The notes under the pieces were generated by a model. The model saw only the letters and a program-made list of their open reading frames with translations. It had not been told where the DNA came from and did no database searches. This document shows, one piece after another, positions 46,462 through 61,514 of a stretch of 64,000 bases of DNA (position 1 is the stretch's first letter; each line of letters opens with the position of its first letter). The stretch is from Eledone cirrhosa (taxonomy: Eukaryota). The stretch is taken from the NCBI GenBank assembly GCA_964016885.1, contig OZ024747.1, forward strand, positions 15,004,001 through 15,068,000, in the 5' to 3' direction. The position numbers and the translations under genes are program-made.

Positions 46462-46826
46462 CGTGCGTGCGTGTGTGTCTGTTTGTTTGCGTGTGTCTGT
46501 TTGAACATGATCCGTTTCTAAGTTATGTCTAAGTTATGCTAATAAACGTTAATGTTGCCGTTTCGTTTCCTGTTGAATCTTAATTCTCTTCAGATAGATC
46601 TGTTAAAACTAAGTATCATAATTTCTGAGCCAGGTATTCGAATTGTAGATTTGTATATCGGTAAGAATAAGCGGTGAATTAGTTGAGTCGTTAAAACGTC
46701 GGATACAATGCTTTAGGGTATTCGTTCCGGCTCTCAGCACTCGTTCAAATCCTTTCATCCTTTCGAGGTCGTTAAAAAAGTACCAATCTAGTTCTGAGAT
46801 CGATTCTGCCTCTATATCTCTTTTTT

Positions 46827-46865
<39 letters not shown>

Positions 46866-47729
46866 CTATCTTTCTCTAGAAGAAATCTGCTGTACTCAGG
46901 TCTGGAGAGGGATGGGCTCCGTCAGACTTAGAATGCCCAAGAAACGCCGTATGTCAATACGACGTCCCTACAACACCACCAGGGATTGCGGGACCATACG
47001 TATATACATACATAATCGTAAGAGAGAAATTAAGTCATTGTTTCCAATAAGATTTCACGGCCCGCTTTTAATTTGCCAACCACGTTGATAATTTCTATAT
47101 TTCATATACGTAGTTGTGGCGACTAAGATACGTACGTGGCTAACTCACACACACACAGACACTCGCACACATATATAGCGGCGGGAATCGAATTTACGGT
47201 GATACGATTGTGAGTCGAACAAATAAATCACTAAGCAATGCACCTTCACATATACACATACCAGGGGCAGTGGAACTGCGAGGTCAGAGGTTTAGAGTGC
47301 AAAGAGCTAAAGTAATCACTATGAATAAATTGTCCAAATCCCCCCCCCCCCCACCCAATTCAGAAATGCCTCCACCGCCCCTGCATACATGCAGACACAC
47401 ATATGCGTGCACAACGAAACACACAAACATGCACTAATATGCATATACATAAATGGACAAGAATGTATATCGGCACACAAATACATATTAATGCCCATGG
47501 ATATACGCACATACTTGAACACATATATGTGCATGCACACATACACGTCAATGCACATACGCCAATATATAAAAACATATGCACATACACACATGTATGT
47601 GTTGACATACATGCACACACGTAAACGCATAAAAATAGATGCACATTCACATATCTCCACACACAAACAATTGAATGTCCAAACACTCTCATGCTTAAAT
47701 ATACAAACATGCATACACAGACACACACA

Positions 47730-47922
47730 CACACACACTGTTCAATTACACATGCACAAACATACACAGAGACACAGAGACATTCACACTGTTCAATTAA
47801 ACAACCACAAACATACACAGAGACACATACGCACACGCACTGCTCAATTACGCATGCACAAACATACAAAGAGACACATATACATACACACTGCTCAATT
47901 ACACATGAACAAACATACACAG
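47730..47922 (+). repeat. Minisatellite, ~50-bp unit x4
   Basis: cactg(t/c)tcaatta..caaacataca.agagacaca repeated. Confidence 0.75.
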
Positions 47923-48299
47923 TGACGTACAATGACGTACATTCCCACATATGCAAACACACACATGTAAATAGACTAATCACAGCCGCAGAAGTATAGA
48001 GAGATGAACTCACACACATAAGCCCGCACACACAGACACAACGCTTTCACGCACGCACAAACACTGAGCATGTACATCATTATACGTTAACACAAACCAT
48101 TCCGTCTCCTTCCAAGTGAAATTGTGATTTTAACGCTTCAGTAAGAATCGATATGTAATAGTGAAATACTGTTGTAAGCCCTTCCTTGTCTACAAAGCTA
48201 AACGTCATTTTAAACAAGATTAATAAAAGCATGAACATCACAGCTTCTCGTTCACGTTTGTCTCTCTCTCTCTCCCTCTCTCTTGGTATATATATATAC

Positions 48300-48381
<82 letters not shown>

Positions 48382-48477
48382 ATATATATATATATATATA
48401 ACGAAGGAAATGTGGTAAAGAACCAGATGGACCATAACGCACCAAAGTACTCAATACTTAGGGTAGTAGAGTGGTTA

Positions 48478-48594
48478 ATAGGAACAATTATGACCCCGAC
48501 GGCAGAGCTCAAGCCGTTTCGACGGCTAGTTCTGGACTCGTCCAGAACTAGCCGTCGAAACGGCTTGAGCTCTGCCGTCGGGGTCATAATTGTT

Positions 48595-48600
<6 letters not shown>
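48478..48600. mobile_element. Perfect fold-back (~60-bp arms, 2-nt loop) with left tail 48400-48477
   Basis: ataggaacaattatgaccccgacgg..tctggac-tc-gtccaga..ccgtcggggtcataattgttcctat. Confidence 0.92.
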
Positions 48601-48642
<42 letters not shown>

Positions 48643-48831
48643 TGTATACATGTATATATATATATATGTGTGTGTGTATGTGCCTGTGTGTGTGAATGTA
48701 TGTGTGTGACTGTTTGCGAGGGTGTGTATGTGTGAGGGTGGGTGTTGATTTGGCTGTCTGTGGGTGTTTGTGTATGTGTTTGCATCAACTTATGTTTGTA
48801 CATAGATATGCATATATATATATATATATAT

Positions 48832-48912
48832 ATTGTTATACTTTGGGAGGGTCATGTTGCCAATAAGAAACACACGCACCAGTTGCTTTCACTTCAAATT
48901 CAGAAACGAAAT
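48832..48912. mobile_element. 80-bp remnant of the PLE family holding only the two termini
   Basis: attgttatactttggg..cacttcaa fused to attcagaaacgaaat. Confidence 0.85.
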
Positions 48913-49227
48913 ATATATATATATACATGTGCACACGCACACAACCACAACTTAGTTACTACCCAGCTATCATGCTATACACACACACTCTCTCTCTCTC
49001 TCTCTCTCTCACACACATATACGCACACACACACACACACACATACATATATAGGCAGACATGCACCCACACATGCACATACACATGCACAAATCTGTGT
49101 CACACCCCTAACGTATTGTTATTATTCTGAGCTATAATTTATTGATCTATCGATATCATTTCATTGAGTGCTTCATGCCAGCTTCTGAAGATTGATTTCG
49201 AAAAATGCTAATTTCGATTTTACTCAC

Positions 49228-49311
<84 letters not shown>

Positions 49312-49345
49312 TATGCATGTGCGTGTGCATATATATATATATATA

Positions 49346-50421
49346 TTGATTTCCAGAAGGCATTCGACAGTGTGCACCGGGAGCCTCTGTGGAATGTTGC
49401 GCAACTGTACGGCATTCCTGCAAGATTCATCGCCATTTTCAAGGCCTTGTATGAAAACTCCAGCTACTGCGTGCGGACTGAGTCCGGTGTGACGGAGTTC
49501 TTTGACATTGTCTCCGGAGTCAGACAGGGTTGCATTCTCTCTCCACTGTTGTTCCTGCTGGCAACAGATTTCGTACTAAGGCGAATGGATGAAGGACCCG
49601 GTCGAGGAATCCCATGGAGAGGGCAATCGAGGCTGAGGGACATGGCATTCGCCGACGACATCGCTTTGTTCGCTGAAAACAGTGCAGATCTGCAGGCCAT
49701 AACAACATCCCTACAAGAGAGTGCGGAAAAGATTGGCCTGAGAATCAACACCAAAAAGACCAAGGTCATGAGAACGGCCAGCAACACAGGTCCCGTGATC
49801 AGAGTCAACCAACAGGACCTCGAGGAAGTCGATCACTTCACCTATCTGGACAGCATCCTGACAAGCAGCGGCGACGCGGAGCTCGACATCAACTGTCGGA
49901 TCGCCAAAGGAGCCGCTGGAAAACTGCTGCTGTGTCCAGTCTGGTCGTCTTCATGCATTAGCACCAAGACCAAGCTCCGCCTGTACAAGAGCATCGGGCT
50001 GCCGACAGTTCTTTAAGCGAGCGAGATCTGGACTAGTATGGCAAAAATAGAGAGGCGGCTGAACGCTTTCCATCAGCGGGGCCTGCGAAAGATCCTTCGT
50101 GTGTCCTGGCGCGACCGAGTGCGAAACGAGGAGATCCTGCGGAGAGCCGACTCGTGGACGCTACAGAGAGTTGTCACGGAACATCGGTGCCGGCTGGCTG
50201 GCCATGTTCTGCGTCTACCAAATGAACGGCATTCGAAAACAGCAATGAACTGGACTCCACCTGGCGGTAAACAGAGGCGGGGTTGCCCAAGTATCACCTG
50301 GCGACGAACGTTCCGGAAGGACCTGATGGCAGCCAACATCACCTGGCACGGTCTCGAAAAAGTTGCCGCTGATCGTGACCGTTGACGAATACTTAAAGCT
50401 CGATGCGCGGAAGAATCTAAG
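49346..50421 (+). mobile_element. RTE-clade LINE, 5'-truncated RT region with in-frame stop at 50014-50016
   Basis: IDFQKAFDSV, VRQGCILSPLLF, FADDI, GLRIN.KKTK, FTYL.S, VL*ASE.W, RLAGHVLR. Ends in gaagaatctaag, with (TA)n flanks. Confidence 0.93.
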
Positions 50422-51289
50422 ATATATATATATATACCGATACATTAACGGAGCCATAGACTCTCGCCGTTCCCTGTAAATAATGTGCTCAAAGGAGAGG
50501 AAATCCTGGGCACTTTAAAATACAATATGTTGAAAAGGTAACACACTAGAGAGAGATACACTGCGCCATCAATAAAACAGGGAAAAACCACCAGAGTATG
50601 GCATCTGTAACCTATGAAAAGCAACATATAGACACGATAGTAAAAATATAAATTAAAGCGTAAATAAATACCTCTATAACTATATAACACACGTACAAAT
50701 ACAAAGTGATCTGTTTCGCCAGTAAGTTGTTGACGGAAATGAAATAACCCAGGTTCATCAGCGTGTGTTAGGCTATACATTTCAGACAACACTAAGAGAA
50801 TTTTTAAAGCGGCACACATATATATATATATTTATTAGTTAAGCAAAACAAGACCACAAATTTCACAAGGAAGACATTATTAAAAGATTGTCAACATATT
50901 TTAGTTTGATGTAAGGAATGTAGAGAATAATAATAATAATGTCCGTTTACGCTTTGGCTTCTAACTAATTCACCAATCTCTCCCCTCCTATCTCCATCTC
51001 TCTCTTTAAGATTGTTTACTCTTGAACTCTGTATATATATATATATTTACATGTTTGTGTATATACACACATATTGATAAGTATATACATGGAAGTTAAA
51101 GGGTTAGATACCTCGTAGAGGCCGATGGCAACTCCTTTTTCCGTCTACGATCAATAAAATAAAGTACCAGTAACACACTGTATTGATTTGTTCGACTTAC
51201 TAAAAATTGTTGTCCTGGTGCCTAAACCAGAAACCATCATTAATCTTACTTTTATTGCGTGTCGTTACTGCATTACCAAGCACAGCTCG

Positions 51290-51930
51290 CTGTACCTTTG
51301 ATATCTACAGTTTTGTTATTTCTATTGTAACGAGAGTACTCGAAATATGTCTGAATTGACTAATAGTCCTATTTTCTGTGTGCTGTATAAATTTGTAAGT
51401 CTCTAGGTTTTGGTTACGTATCTGCCTTTGTGTTTTTATCATTCCCAGACCATCTATTATTATAGAGATTCTTTCTGTTTTCACTATCCATATTCTGGTT
51501 ATTTCTATCTCTAGATCTTTATGGTTGGACAATGTCTCCTTTTATTTAATGGATATATTGTCGTTTGTGGGGATACATCAATCAAAAGACACTTTTTCTG
51601 TGTAGTCTTTCATTATAATATTCAGTCGGTTGACCTTGTTCTCCCTGTCTGTGTGTGTAATGGCATATGTCATAGTCTGGTTGGTTTGTAGTACCCTGTC
51701 GCTTTTTCTGGTGTACATTTGATCTACATTTATTCTGTTGGTATTTCGTACTTTTGGCATAACTTCCAGTGTATGTAAACCACAACTATATTATATATGT
51801 GGATATAAATTTTATTGGCCATAACTTAGCAGCCATAGATAATGTGGTTAATTGTTTCTTCTTCACCACGACATGTTCTGTGGTTATTTCCTGTTATTAA
51901 TTATTATTTGTGGGTTTCCGCTTCCTTCAG
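51290..51930 (-). pseudogene. Decayed R4/Dong-like non-LTR element: CCHC finger and restriction-like endonuclease
   Basis: C..EEETINHII.GC..YIHWKL, NRLNII.KD and KDLEIEITRIW..I.IIIDGLGMI in shifted frames. Confidence 0.75.
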
Positions 51931-52352
51931 TTTTGTTTCTATATCTTGTTGAACGGCCTCCTGACATCTAGGGCAGAGAACCTCATTGCAAACATTTATA
52001 ATTCACAAAAATAAACACACCAGACTGTTCACGTCACGCAGTTTAGTGAGTTACATGTATATCATTTGCTTTATACGAGTGCACATTATCTGTTTAAATT
52101 CATATTTACAACAGAAAGATAATCAATTGTATAAGAGTACTCAATTATTTATAACTTACATAATTATGGAATAAAATCAAATAATGTTATACACGAAAAT
52201 ATGATTATCATTCTCACAGCGATAGTGCTCTTCTCAATACGTGTACTGTACAAGTTAAAACAGTTTTTTTTGCATTTCTTGCAGCGATGGCAAACCAGGG
52301 ATCATTCGCAAATAATCTTTTATTAATATTATTATTATTATTATTAATCATA

Positions 52353-52755
52353 GGGCGTGGATTGGCCGTATCGGTAGAGGGTCGGACGTCATACTTTGCA
52401 GCATAGAGTTACGGACCTTTATGATCTGAGTTCAAATCCCGCCGAGGCTAACTTTACCTTTCATCCTTACGGGGTCGATAAAATAAAGTACCAGTGACGT
52501 ACTGCGGTCGATTTAATCGACTTTTCCCTCCTCCAAAATTTCTGGCCTTGTCCTATATAAGAAACCAATATTTTACCTTGTGCTTATATAAGAAACCAAT
52601 ATTTTACCTGTGCTTATATAAGAAACCATTATTTTACCTTGTGCTTATATAAGAAACCAATATTTTACCTTGTGCTTATATAAGAAACCATTATTTTACC
52701 TTGTGCTTATATAAGAAACCAATATTTTACCTTGTGCTTATATAAGAAACCATTG
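52353..52755 (+). mobile_element. SINE with 3' end amplified into 7 x 30-31-bp tandem repeats
   Basis: SINE 52353-52570, then the unit ccttgtgcttatataagaaacca(a/t)tatttta. Confidence 0.9.
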
Positions 52756-53996
52756 TTCTTAATGCTCCCACAATAACAGGTGTGGTAACCACCTTCAGAT
52801 GCCACATTTTAACAGTTTTATTGAGCAAATTTGTATGTGTCTGCGTTTGTGCATACGTACTTTTATGCACATCTACTACAAGATTGTGTTTTAAATGTGC
52901 GCTGTGTCTATGAAAGTTAAATTTATAAGGCTATTAAAGAGTGATCTGCTTTCGTTTGTTGTATTTCTATAAGGTCAACTTTGTCTTGCATAATATTTAT
53001 ACTGTCTCGAACGGCAGCGGTTTATAGCATGCCTTACATTATGTGCATACTTAAATTCGTAACTTTGCATAATACGTGCGCAAAGCTTAATAGTGGTTTA
53101 TTTACTATGAGACTAATGTTTTATATGTGTTATGTCTAATAGTGGTTTATTTAATACAAGGCTGGCATTTTATGTAATATAGGTGGTGTTACTGACAACA
53201 GAATATTTAACATAAGACTGTTACTTTTTCACATGAAATGACTGTTGTGGTTTTATTTACTACAAGACCGATGTCGTATATGACATGTGGTGTGTCTGAA
53301 AACTATTAAGTTACTATAAACCTTACTTTCTTGCATAATATATGTTGTACCTTACTTTAGTTATTTTACTCTAAGATTGCCCCAAATAATATATGTGATG
53401 TAGTTAACTTCAGTTAATTCATTATAAGACTGTCCTATGTAGTGTGTATGCTGTGTCAACGGTTAATTAGTCATGAAGCTTATATTTTACATAATATGTG
53501 AACTTAACGCCAATAAATGAGCTATCTTACATAATAAGCGTACCAGAATCCCAGGTAATAAATTCATCAATGTATTGCACAATATATGGACGCTGGCTAA
53601 CTCCGGGTAATTTAGCACAAAGCTAACATCGTAGTTAATATGTATGTTGTGTATAAATTATTTGATTATTATAAGCCTAGTAGTTTCTTACATAAAATAT
53701 ATGCAGTAACTAAAATTGGTCGATTTGCTATTAATCTACAAATGTCTTAATACGAGATAAATTATCACAAAAGAATTGTCATACATTACTTTATTTTACG
53801 CAATATGTGTGCTATGCTGACAAGTTTAAATTCCTATAGCGCTTAATGTATTTTATGAAAACTCAGGTATGCTTATCAGCAGTACAATACCATAAATTTA
53901 GTATCTTACATAATATGCGGATTATTCCTACCAGATGTTAAATTATTGTAAACTACTTTTGCATATACACTCTGCCTAACAACAATAACATTATTA

Positions 53997-54420
53997 ATAA
54001 TTGTTTCTACTTTTGGCACAAGGCCAGCAATTACTCAGTACATTACTGGTACTTTATTTTATCGACACCGTAAGGATGAAAGGCAAAGTTGACCTCGGCG
54101 GTGTTTGAACTCAGAATGGAAAGGGCCGTAACTCTATACGTCAAAGCATGTTGTCCGACTCTCTACCGATACTGCCAATCCACCGCCAATAAAATTACTA
54201 ATAATGGTTTCTTATATAAGCCCAAGGCCAGCAATATTTGGGGAGAGGAAAATCGATTAAATCGACCCCAGTGCGTGACTGGTACTTTATTATCGACTCC
54301 GTAAGGAGGAAAGGCAAAGTTAACCTTGGCGGGATTTGAACTCAGATCATAAAGGGCCGTAACTCTATGCTGAAAAGCATGGCGTCCAATCCTCTACTGA
54401 CACTGCCAATCCACCGCCCT
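53997..54420 (-). mobile_element. Two tandem SINE copies
   Basis: Copies at 53997-54187 and ~54205-54420. aaaattactaataatg is repeated at ~54191 and ~54427. Confidence 0.88.
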
Positions 54421-54697
54421 TAAAAAAAAATTACTAATAATGTCTTATATAATGTATGTGTAAGCGGTTCCTTTGATATATAAAGCTTGTGGTTTACATA
54501 ATATATAGGTTATGTCCAACAAAGCTTAAATTATTGTAAAGTTACTATCTTACATAATATATGAGTTATCTCAAGCAGCGGTTAAATTATTCACTACAAT
54601 TGTGTTAATGTTCTACTTAATATGAATGATGTGCATATCAGCAGTTAAATGTCTACCAATTTAATCGCATATATACATACTGTGCGTGATGTGCCTA

Positions 54698-56020
54698 CGG
54701 GGATTGGCAGTATCGGTAGAGGATCGGACGCCATGCTTTCCACCATAGTTACGTCCCTTTACAGTCTGAGTTCAAATCCCGCCGGGGTTAACTTTGCCTT
54801 TCATTCTTACGGAGTCGATAAAATAAAGTACCAGTAATGTTCGGGTAATTACTGGCCTTGTGCCAAAAGTAGAAACAATTATTTGTATTATTTTTATTTA
54901 TTTTTGTTTTTGATATTTTAAAACCAGTTTCTATAGGAAGTTGATTTTGCATTTCATCCTTCGGAACTCGATAAAATTAGGATCAGTCAGTTATCATTAA
55001 AAAAGAAAACAAAACCTGGCCTTGTACCAATATTATAAAACGACGTTTTGATAATCACCCTCCTCATCGTCATTGTCGTCGACTTCATCATTGTCATCGT
55101 CATCATCGTTGTCATCGACATCGTCGTCATTGTCATCGTTAGATTCATTTTTATCTCCATCATTATCACCATGGTCATTATCATCATTTACATCGATTGT
55201 CAGTATCGGTAAAGAGTCGGACGCTAATGATTTGTAGCATAGAGTTACGCCCCTTTACGGTCTGAGTTTCAAATCCAGTCGAGGTTAACTTTGCCATTCA
55301 TCCTTATGAGGTCGATAAAATAAAGTACCAGTAATGCACTGGAATAATTGCTGGCCTTGTGCCAAATGTAGAAACAATTATTATCATCATCGTAAATAAT
55401 ATCAACATTGACACTCTTTACATAATCATCATAGTCAGTACCATCATCATTAGCTGCGTCATCCCCATCATCATCATCATCATTATCATCATCATCATCA
55501 TCATCATCCTCATCTACACCATCGGGATCGTCATTTTGTTCTTTACCGTTAGAGAAAAAACTAATCCTAAAAAACACCTCCACTATTGTTAGCTTATAGT
55601 CTTGCCTTATGATCCTTTGATTTACAAGCTGAAACTCCGGAGTAAAAAAGGTTCACCCCGTAACCATAATAAGGAATATTTAAACTTGATGTCGGTATTG
55701 AGTAATCATTCTCACGTCCGTCAACATCACACGGTTATATCTTCTCTCCGTTCTTTCGCTGAAAAGAAGTAAGTGACATAGACACTGCTATAAAACTGAT
55801 AGCGTATGGTCTTCTAAATGTTTTTAATTAAACATACAGTATATTGCCAAATATACTATACATACATTCATATATATGTTAGCATAGTTACGTCCATTTA
55901 CGGTCTGAGTTCAAATCCCGTCGAGGTTAACTTTGCCGTTCATACTTCCGGGTTTGATAAAATAAAGTACCAGTAATGTACTGAGTAATTGCTGGCCTAG
56001 TGCCAAAAGTAGAAACAATT
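54698..56020 (+). mobile_element. Cluster of SINE copies (54698-54880, ~54935-55035, 55195-55380, 55880-56020) among (ATC)n tracts
   Basis: Each carries the aactttgcc.ttcat..gataaaataaagtaccag core. Confidence 0.85.
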
Positions 56021-56337
56021 ATTTCTTCAAGGAAGCAGGCAGAGCTAATGATGAGGACAGAAGAAGAACAAAAGGGCAGAAAAAGAAAATGGTAGAAATC
56101 ATCATGAATAATAGTTACTATCCAGCCGTGGCAGTCTAGTTTGCTTCTCATATATTTGGCTAGTCATGCACCAACAAGGCTAAAAAATATATATGAAGTG
56201 GGCTGTCAATCTAAATAACTTATCGTTAGCGATGTCGAAACATAAGAGATGATTAACCTGAAATTGTCGTTTGATGGTGTGGCTCGCGAGGAATATTGAG
56301 GCATTTGACCTTTCAACCCACGAGTTCGGTGCTTCAC

Positions 56338-56385
<48 letters not shown>

Positions 56386-57108
56386 CAATGAAAACAATAA
56401 GCATCATAGAAACTTTCCTATCGATAATTTAGACGGCAAATCGTGTAAGTCTGATAAAAATTAACATACAGCGTATAATGAAAGATTACTAACCATAACC
56501 AGTTGCATTTTTATAAATATATATATATAATATATATATATATGTATGTATGCATATATATATATATATATATATTTGCTTAAACTTTAATCTGTTATTT
56601 TAATAAATACATATATATATATATATATATGTGTGTGTATATATATATATATATTCAATTAGTAAAGAGAGAGAGAGTGATTGATAAGGATAATCGGAAC
56701 ATAAGCAAATCAACATACATGAAAGTTGGTAAACTTCGCTTCCTTATTTCTAGAGTTGTTTCAGGGAGTAAGAGAAATAATACCATATGCCAAATATAGA
56801 GAACCATTAAGACAAACCAGTACACCATCAATAGAAATTTCTCTTACTAAACGCATTGGAAACACATAAACCCCATTGATTCAAGACAGAATGTAAACGC
56901 ACATGTTGAAGGTGCCATAGTATAAGAAGTTGCTAGAAATAGTAGAAAAATTTGCTAGAAATAGCAGCACATTTGGTGTAAAGTGACACAGATCTAATAA
57001 AATTTAAAGTCACGAGCAGATCATATATTAAAATTTTGATTAAAACATGCAATTAATTCTTCCACTTGATCATATATATATATATATTTTATATATATAT
57101 ATATATAT

Positions 57109-57221
<113 letters not shown>

Positions 57222-57648
57222 CACGTTATTAGGATACATTTTGTCTAGTCTAAACATTTCTTGCTCTTGAATTATTGAATTACTGCATCTAAATTCAGTA
57301 GAAATGGCTTATGGTTCTAACAGTGTCTATATTTAGCACTATGGTTGACCTGGGCATTAGTCAAACAATATCATCAAATATATTATGTGGTTGAATTAGA
57401 TACGTAATCATAAGGTTGTGTGTTCCATTATTGGACTGGGCGATGGGTTATGTCCTTGAGCAAGACACTTTATTTCCTGTTGCTCCTTCTACATGGAGTT
57501 GCGACCGATAGAAATAGTATTAGAAATTAGAAAGAGCAACGGAACCATTGTTTCCTCGGTCCGATTTGACGGAGGTCAATCGACTGTCTGTGTATATATA
57601 TATTTATACCTCTATGCATACGCATATATATATATATATATATTTATA

Positions 57649-57717
<69 letters not shown>

Positions 57718-57803
57718 CCATATACACATATACACACATATACACACATATACACACATACTCACACTTACAAATTGTCACTCAGCCCTGAGGATAAATA
57801 TAA

Positions 57804-57851
<48 letters not shown>

Positions 57852-57967
57852 GAATACATGTGTACATTATATAGAGAAACATATATATATATATATATAT
57901 TGTTTTAACAGAATTTGGATAGATTTACGCAAACACATACACACACAAACACACATATATACATACA

Positions 57968-58075
57968 TCCCGTCGAAGTTAACTTTGCCTTTCATCCTAA
58001 CGGGGGTCGATAAAATAAGGTACCAGTAATACACTGTTATAATTGGTGGGTTTGTACCTATTGTAGAAACAATTA
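57968..58075 (+). mobile_element. 5'-truncated SINE
   Basis: Core and tail match the SINE family. Confidence 0.8.
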
Positions 58076-58091
58076 TATATAAAAGTATATT

Positions 58092-58229
<138 letters not shown>

Positions 58230-58371
58230 CTGGCAAAAATATAATATGACTCTCCCAAAATTTAACTATATATATACATATATATACACACATATATATA
58301 TATATATATACATATATATACATATATATATATGTTTATATATAAATATATATATATATGTTTATATATGC

Positions 58372-58404
<33 letters not shown>

Positions 58405-58429
58405 AGTGTGTGTGAGTGTGTTTATATAT

Positions 58430-58509
<80 letters not shown>

Positions 58510-58514
<5 letters not shown>

Positions 58515-58620
58515 TGAGATTCTACAGGACGAGAACTGTTTCATTCATTAGAAATCATCAGGAATCTCTGATGATTTCTAATGAATGAAACAGTTCTAGT
58601 CCTGTAGAATCTCATCTATA
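58510..58620. mobile_element. Fold-back made of two back-to-back hammerhead cores
   Basis: Minus strand 58568-58516: gagattc-CTGATGA-tttctaatgaat-GAAA-cag..ctg-TA-gaatctc. The plus-strand core starts at 58568. Right tail to ~58695. Confidence 0.9.
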
Positions 58621-58694
58621 TTAAAACTGTTATACTCTGCTATGTATTGAGTACCTTACTTACTGTGGTTACGTCCGATTCAAACCGGAATAAC

Positions 58695-58729
<35 letters not shown>

Positions 58730-59187
58730 TATTTATATATGAGTGTCATATGTAAGTATACACATATACTTGTATGACTCAATTGTCTCTCCTCTCCTAC
58801 ACAAGGTTTGCCCAAACCCCTCAGGTCCGCGCTATAACAAACGTCCCCATCATTACTTCTCAAAGCATCCTCTTCCTACAAACCACTCCTTGACTATGTT
58901 TTGCTTCCAGTTGCCAACTTGCCACACTTTAAACGGCATCATTATCTCCGGTCACACGGCGGCTGTAAAAGACATGGTCGCTGCCACCTCCCTCGGGAGC
59001 TTAATATAAGGCATAAACGGGAGTTTGCGTGTGTATATAAATGAATATATATATATATGTGTGTGTATACATATTTACATATATATATTCATATATATAT
59101 ATATATATATATATTCATATATATATATATGTACATATATATATATATTCATATATATATATATATATATATATATGAATATATATA

Positions 59188-59381
<194 letters not shown>

Positions 59382-59423
59382 CATATATATATATATGTAC
59401 ATATATATATGTGTACATATATA

Positions 59424-59559
<136 letters not shown>

Positions 59560-59723
59560 CATACATACATACATACATAAATACACATATATATAAAAGT
59601 ATATAAGTATTTGTATATATATATATACGTAAACACACACACGCACACACGCAAAAACATATATATTTACATAGATATATAGATATATTATATCTATCTC
59701 TATATATATGTATACATATATAT

Positions 59724-59896
<173 letters not shown>

Positions 59897-59944
59897 AATA
59901 TATATATGTGTGTATTTATATATGTTTATATACAGACATATATA

Positions 59945-60008
<64 letters not shown>

Positions 60009-60213
60009 TATATATATATGTATGTATGTATATATAAAAAATATAAAAACCGCGCCTGTTTAGAAGCCGGCATATTTGAAAAATAAATAGAATTATTATA
60101 TTTAATTTATCTGACGTCTATGTATTTTCGGTGTTGGGGCATATATAATATCTTATCTTTGGGCCAATATTTGTCGTCAAAATATACGGTGAAGTTACTA
60201 ATTCAATATATAT

Positions 60214-60297
<84 letters not shown>

Positions 60298-60361
60298 ATG
60301 CACATACACACATATATTTGTATATACATATATATATATTTATTAATATATATATATATAT

Positions 60362-60552
60362 AGTTGAAATTGCACTCAGTGCTCCTTTGGGAGCCCCTAC
60401 ATGGACACACTAGAAGAGGAAGACCAAGGTTAACATATGTTGATGCCCTAAGGACAGACACTGGTCTGTTGGAGATGCAGGATATGGCAGCGATAATGAG
60501 GGACAGAGACCGCTGGAGAGAACTCGTCCATGGATCTCGGGAATTTTACCCG

Positions 60553-60555
<3 letters not shown>
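60362..60555 (+). mobile_element. RTE-clade LINE 3' end, same family as 8329-8520
   Basis: [35 protein letters not shown], with the same 3' end into (TA)n. Confidence 0.9.
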
Positions 60556-60645
<90 letters not shown>

Positions 60646-60853
60646 TGAATATATATGCACACACCCACACCCACTATCTAATTCGTATTAGATAGATAGA
60701 TAGATGTAGTCACATTGGGGCAGAAATATATAAAATATTCATATAAAAATGTATGTAAAAATGTAATGTCTGAATTAGAGTGATGCAAGGGATTTAGATG
60801 GTAGGGGGATTTATATACGAAGGTTTCGAGGAAAATAGTTACACATCTATCTA

Positions 60854-60895
<42 letters not shown>

Positions 60896-61016
60896 AAAAA
60901 TGGAGCGCTGCATGGTTGCACATACTTTACATATGTATAACATTAGTCCTTCATCAGTGATTTTTCAACCTTCATTGGTATTTCATCGCTTTATAAATAT
61001 ATGTTTATATATATAT

Positions 61017-61171
<155 letters not shown>

Positions 61172-61183
61172 TATATATATATG

Positions 61184-61217
<34 letters not shown>

Positions 61218-61277
61218 AATATATATATAAATATATGTATATATATATATACATATATATATACATATACATATATA

Positions 61278-61324
<47 letters not shown>

Positions 61325-61325
61325 G

Positions 61326-61379
<54 letters not shown>

Positions 61380-61392
61380 TATATATATATAC

Positions 61393-61511
<119 letters not shown>

Positions 61512-61514
61512 CAT

